Source: Methanothermobacter thermautotrophicus str. Delta H
GTDB taxonomy: Archaea; Methanobacteriota; Methanobacteria; Methanobacteriales; Methanothermobacteraceae
Direction of reading: 5' to 3'
Length of the DNA: 32,000 nucleotides
NCBI RefSeq assembly: GCF_000008645.1
Contig: NC_000916.1
Span: forward strand, 180,001-212,000
Shown: positions 29,066-32,000 of the stretch, in pieces
Layout: every line of letters begins with the position of its first letter
Numbering within the stretch: position 1 is the stretch's first letter
Translations under genes and position numbers: made by a program
The notes under the pieces: model-generated
The model's input: only the letters and a program-made list of their open reading frames with translations
What the model was told of the DNA's origin: nothing
Databases searched by the model: none

Positions 29066-29202
29066 GGCCTGTGATTCGATACCATCAGCCCATTAAAGGA
29101 ACTCTTCAGATCTGGATGGGCTTTTCATTAAAAAGAAATGTTTACTCTGGATTCTATTTTAAGGTTCATCTGCAGTACTGAAACAGGGCTTGGACTCCTT
29201 GT

Positions 29203-29229
29203 ATCTGCAGTCATCGTCTCTCTGCAGAT
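29203..29229. repeat. Perfect 8-bp inverted repeat ATCTGCAG-N11-CTGCAGAT between convergent genes, a member of a recurring ATCTGCAGT motif family
   Basis: Read directly from the sequence. Related copies lie at 29168-29176, 31372-31380, 31861-31869 and 27270-27278 (reverse orientation). Confidence 0.6.
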
Positions 29230-29245
29230 TAACCTGAAACTCCAT

Positions 29246-29701
29246 TTAACCACGCCGGTAGAGCCCTATGAGCTTCGCCTCACCCAGCACATGGCCCTCC
29301 ATGGCCTCCAGGACATCCTCCTTACTGGCCCCGGGCTCCAGGTCAAGGACGGTGTCAAGGGCGTATAACCTGAAGAAGTACCTGTGAACACCTGAAGGCG
29401 GGCACGGCCCCCTGTATCCGAGGGTCCCTGAATCATTGTAGCCCTGGACTGAACCATCAGGGAGCCTTCCAGCATCCGGGACATTCTCCTCCAGGCCGGT
29501 GGAGTCCGGGGGAATGTTGAATATGACCCAGTGGGTCCAGACCTTTGAGGGTGCATCCGGGTCGTCACATATCAGTGCAAGGGATTTGGCCTCCCCTGGA
29601 ACCCCATCCCAGGATAGGGGCGGGGAAATGTTTTCGCCATCGCAGGTGTACCTTGAGGGTATCCTTCCACGGTCATTGAATGCATGGGTCTTGAGGTTCA
29701 T
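29246..29701 (-). CDS. PEBP / YbhB-YbcL family protein (Raf kinase inhibitor-like)
   Basis: Motifs present: ISPPLSW, DDPDAP, WTHWVIFNIP, GYRGPCPPSG.HRYFFRLYALD. The start context is GGTGATGGT-ATG. Confidence 0.85.
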   Translation of the reverse strand: MNLKTHAFNDRGRIPSRYTCDGENISPPLSWDGVPGEAKSLALICDDPDAPSKVWTHWVIFNIPPDSTGLEENVPDAGRLPDGSVQGYNDSGTLGYRGPCPPSGVHRYFFRLYALDTVLDLEPGASKEDVLEAMEGHVLGEAKLIGLYRRG

Positions 29702-29745
29702 ACCATCACCGTACAGTTATATGTTTGAGGGGGTTAATTATTATT

Positions 29746-30486
29746 ATGGATTACAAGGTTAACTCGGCAGATGATAATAATATATTCATAGAGACGGAAC
29801 CATACCGGCGCCTCCTGGAGATCATCAGGCAAATGAAGGATGTGCGGGGTGAGATACTCCACGTTGTGGGGGCGCCGGGGACAGGTAAGTCGGCCAACAT
29901 TTACAGGGCCATAGGGGAGGCAGAGCTGCACGTATATGAGGTTCCATGCAAACTTGAATCCCCGGATCTGAGTGCAGATGATGTTTTCCATCATGTGATG
30001 GAGGGGATGAAGGAGGAGCTGGGTGCAGATACCGGGGCTGATCTCTACGGGAGGTTAAAGGAATTTGATGCCGTGCTCTTTGCTGACAGGTTCCATGACA
30101 GCCATGAATTCTCCAGCTTCTCCGGTTTCAGCCAGTGGACCAGAAATGGGGGCCTGGAGCCACTCAGGTTTTACCTTAAATGTGCAGGGGAGTACCTCAA
30201 AAACAGGAGGGTCCTTGCGGAGGTCAACATCATCTTTCAGACAGCATGGAGGTTTTACTTCAGGGGTAAAAAGTATGACCTCTTCACTGATATCCCGGTT
30301 ATTTCTTCTCTCCTGTTTCATACACTTTCAATCCCCTTCAGGGCGGTGAAAATAGATTACAGTAGAAAGGAAACCTTAAATATTATAAGGGCCCACCTTG
30401 ATGCTGATGAATCTGAGATCCAGAGACTGATTGACCTCTACGGCTGCAGACCAAGGATCATAATGGAGAAGCTGGGATCATGCTGA
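29746..30486 (+). CDS. Uncharacterised P-loop NTPase
   Basis: It has Walker A GAPGTGKS and a Walker B-like AVLFAD. GAGGGGGT lies 11 nt before ATG 29746. The track start TTG 29725 lies inside that SD. Confidence 0.6.
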   Translation: MDYKVNSADDNNIFIETEPYRRLLEIIRQMKDVRGEILHVVGAPGTGKSANIYRAIGEAELHVYEVPCKLESPDLSADDVFHHVMEGMKEELGADTGADLYGRLKEFDAVLFADRFHDSHEFSSFSGFSQWTRNGGLEPLRFYLKCAGEYLKNRRVLAEVNIIFQTAWRFYFRGKKYDLFTDIPVISSLLFHTLSIPFRAVKIDYSRKETLNIIRAHLDADESEIQRLIDLYGCRPRIIMEKLGSC

Positions 30487-31265
30487 GGACACTCCTTCGT
30501 TCAACAAGGATGAGCTGGGGCGCCAAGAACATCCACATGTACCTCCTTGCACTCACCTATGCATCGGCTGCAGACCCCTTCAGATTCCTTGCCGGGCTAC
30601 TCCTTGTCACATTACTCTGGGGTGCCCTTTACTCACTGAATGACCTCACAGACATTGATAATGATAGAAAGGACAGGATGAAGAGGAAGAGGCCCTTCAT
30701 AGAGAACCATGTGGATCCCCGGAAGGTGCTGCTCTTTGTGGGTCTCCTCCTTCTGGTGTCCCTTGCTGGGGCCTGTCTCCTGGACAGGGTATTCTGTCTG
30801 ATACTCCTTCTGATGGTCCTGAACCAGTTCCTGTACACACTGCCGCCTGTGAGGCTTAAGGATACTGTCATCGCCCCCCTTGCAAGCACCGCAACAAACA
30901 CAGTCCTGAGACTTGCATCTGCCGCTGTACTCCTGGGGGGTCTCCTGGTGGTACCTGTACCCGTATATGTGCTCATGTACCTGGCGGGTATGGGGACATA
31001 CCTCATGTACAAGGAGATGCGCGGCCTCACAACTCTGGTGTCCACGGCATTCTGCATTTTACTTGCCTTCTCTTACCTCTGGGGGTATATCAGCATCCTC
31101 CAGATTCTCCTGGTCATAGTACCACCCTTCCTTGCAACGGTACCCCTCTATCTCTCAAACTTCCGGGACAGGGAGCGCATGGTTGAGGTGGCCGATGTGA
31201 TCTATCACAGGGTTCTTGTGACCATATACATGATATGCATACTTGTGCTCCTCTTCCTGAGGTGA
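30480..31265 (+). CDS. UbiA-superfamily prenyltransferase-like polytopic membrane protein (atypical)
   Basis: The first Asp-rich motif NDLTDIDNDRKDRMKRKRP is present, with about 7-8 hydrophobic helices. I see no clear second DxxxD motif by eye. Its ATG overlaps the upstream stop (ATGCTGA). Confidence 0.6.
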   Translation: MLRTLLRSTRMSWGAKNIHMYLLALTYASAADPFRFLAGLLLVTLLWGALYSLNDLTDIDNDRKDRMKRKRPFIENHVDPRKVLLFVGLLLLVSLAGACLLDRVFCLILLLMVLNQFLYTLPPVRLKDTVIAPLASTATNTVLRLASAAVLLGGLLVVPVPVYVLMYLAGMGTYLMYKEMRGLTTLVSTAFCILLAFSYLWGYISILQILLVIVPPFLATVPLYLSNFRDRERMVEVADVIYHRVLVTIYMICILVLLFLR

Positions 31266-31314
31266 TGCAGATTATCATTCAGGATTTTTTAGGGTTGGGG
31301 GTGTTAAAGGTTGT

Positions 31315-31351
31315 CTCTCCTGCCCTCTATTTCAGGAGAGTCCTGATTTTT
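31315..31351 (+). terminator. Hairpin (CTCTCCTG-N10-CAGGAGAG) followed by T5, downstream of an earlier T6 (31285-31290), 3' of the UbiA-like gene
   Basis: An 8-bp perfect stem and the oligo-T tracts are read directly from the sequence. Confidence 0.45.
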
Positions 31352-31423
31352 CTGGAGAGGTGAGGAACTTCATCTGCAGTCAGATATGCAAAAAAACTAA
31401 TATTTGGAAGAGTTCAGAACCCT

Positions 31424-31804
31424 TCATTCAGTGAAATGCGCTCTGAAAATTTCCTTGAGGATCCCCCAGCAGAATTTGCATGCGGGTGTCTGGAGGAACC
31501 CTGCAACTCTAAAATCACTCTTATTAAACCTTTGAGATTCTGGCTCAATCACCTTTTTATTGTCTGAAAAAATGCCGAAGATGACCAGCAGGTAAGCTAT
31601 GATCCGGATTATTATAAGTGCCACCGCACCACTTGGGTATCCTGCCAGCTGGGCTAGATGTGATACTCCAAATAAGCCGAAGGCTATTCCGATGTAAAGG
31701 AGCAGCGGACTTTCAAGTTTCCTGAAGCCCAGGTATCCCATTACAAGGATTATCATGCAGAATATAAAATTAATGGTAAGCACAGGTTCCATGATAAATG
31801 CCAT
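31424..31804 (-). CDS. Hypothetical membrane protein (about 3 TM helices)
   Basis: It has hydrophobic helices. AGGGGGTGAT lies 5 nt before ATG 31804. The track start TTG 31810 lies inside the SD. Confidence 0.5.
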   Translation of the reverse strand: MAFIMEPVLTINFIFCMIILVMGYLGFRKLESPLLLYIGIAFGLFGVSHLAQLAGYPSGAVALIIIRIIAYLLVIFGIFSDNKKVIEPESQRFNKSDFRVAGFLQTPACKFCWGILKEIFRAHFTE

Positions 31805-32000
31805 CTTCAATCACCCCCTTTATAATTAATAGTAACATTCTCTATTTCCTATTATTTAATATCTGCAGTTTTCGTCTCACAGGAGATCTCAGGATCTTAA
31901 AAAGTAGGATTCATGAAAACTGGTCCTCATGGGTATGGGGGTATGGAACTGATCAGTTTATCAGCCAGCGAAGATGATACCAGCAGCTCATGTTCCTCTC

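Noticed and set aside
31913-32000. Possible CDS start (ATG 31913, MKTGPHGYGGMELISLSASEDD...) running off the window end
   Set aside because: Only 29 codons are visible, the SD is weak and there is no recognisable motif. The evidence is insufficient to call it.
1-32000. Search for tRNA, rRNA, CRISPR repeats, IS elements, integrases, toxin-antitoxin pairs or defence genes
   Set aside because: I found none by eye. There are no T-loop GTTCGAATC-type motifs in intergenic DNA, no regularly spaced repeats and no transposase-like or integrase-like ORFs. The three PIN-like proteins are conserved housekeeping types without adjacent antitoxins.

Overview
The window reads as a core, housekeeping chromosome segment of a Methanothermobacter-type thermophilic methanogen. 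This origin is inferred from about 50% GC, an HMf-type histone, an NADPH:F420 reductase, an FwdC-like GXGXG protein and archaeal replication and translation genes. I support about 40 protein genes at roughly 90% coding density. In order they are: a CobN-family C-terminus, a GXGXG protein, RFC small and large subunits, aroE, a HARP-like PIN protein, hisS, hisI, a PIN-ATPase-KH (PINA-like) protein, a TIM-barrel isomerase, npdG, a PHI/SIS protein, endA, trpS, a SpoIIM-like membrane protein, thrC and a histone. Next comes the conserved archaeal cluster L7Ae-S28e-L24e-ndk-aIF5B-S6e-aIF2gamma-PIN(Fcf1-like)-PPase-RpoE'-Spt4-DPCK(DUF359)-S24e-S27ae, followed by argH. A less conserved tail (27-32 kb) holds a small membrane protein, a KH+PP-loop ATPase, a hexapeptide acyltransferase, a PEBP protein, a P-loop NTPase overlapping a UbiA-like prenyltransferase, and a membrane protein. 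Two ribosomal protein genes (L24e, S27ae) are below the ORF-track cutoff and were found by eye. I see no rRNA, tRNA, CRISPR, transposase, integrase or obvious defence island, and no convincing large novel system. Three things deserve a second look. First, five apparent single-base frame disruptions in four recognisable genes (aroE, isomerase, Fcf1-like PIN, acyltransferase). Four of the five sit at short homopolymer runs, which points to assembly error or recent pseudogenisation. Second, a translationally coupled P-loop NTPase / atypical UbiA pair, flanked by a recurring ATCTGCAGT hairpin motif. Third, tandem consensus promoters with a long GA-rich leader upstream of L7Ae. Start codons were refined with a Shine-Dalgarno rule visible across the window: a GGAGGTGAT-like element followed by 3-6 nt and then ATG, GTG or TTG. 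All homology calls are by-eye motif recognition, not database searches.
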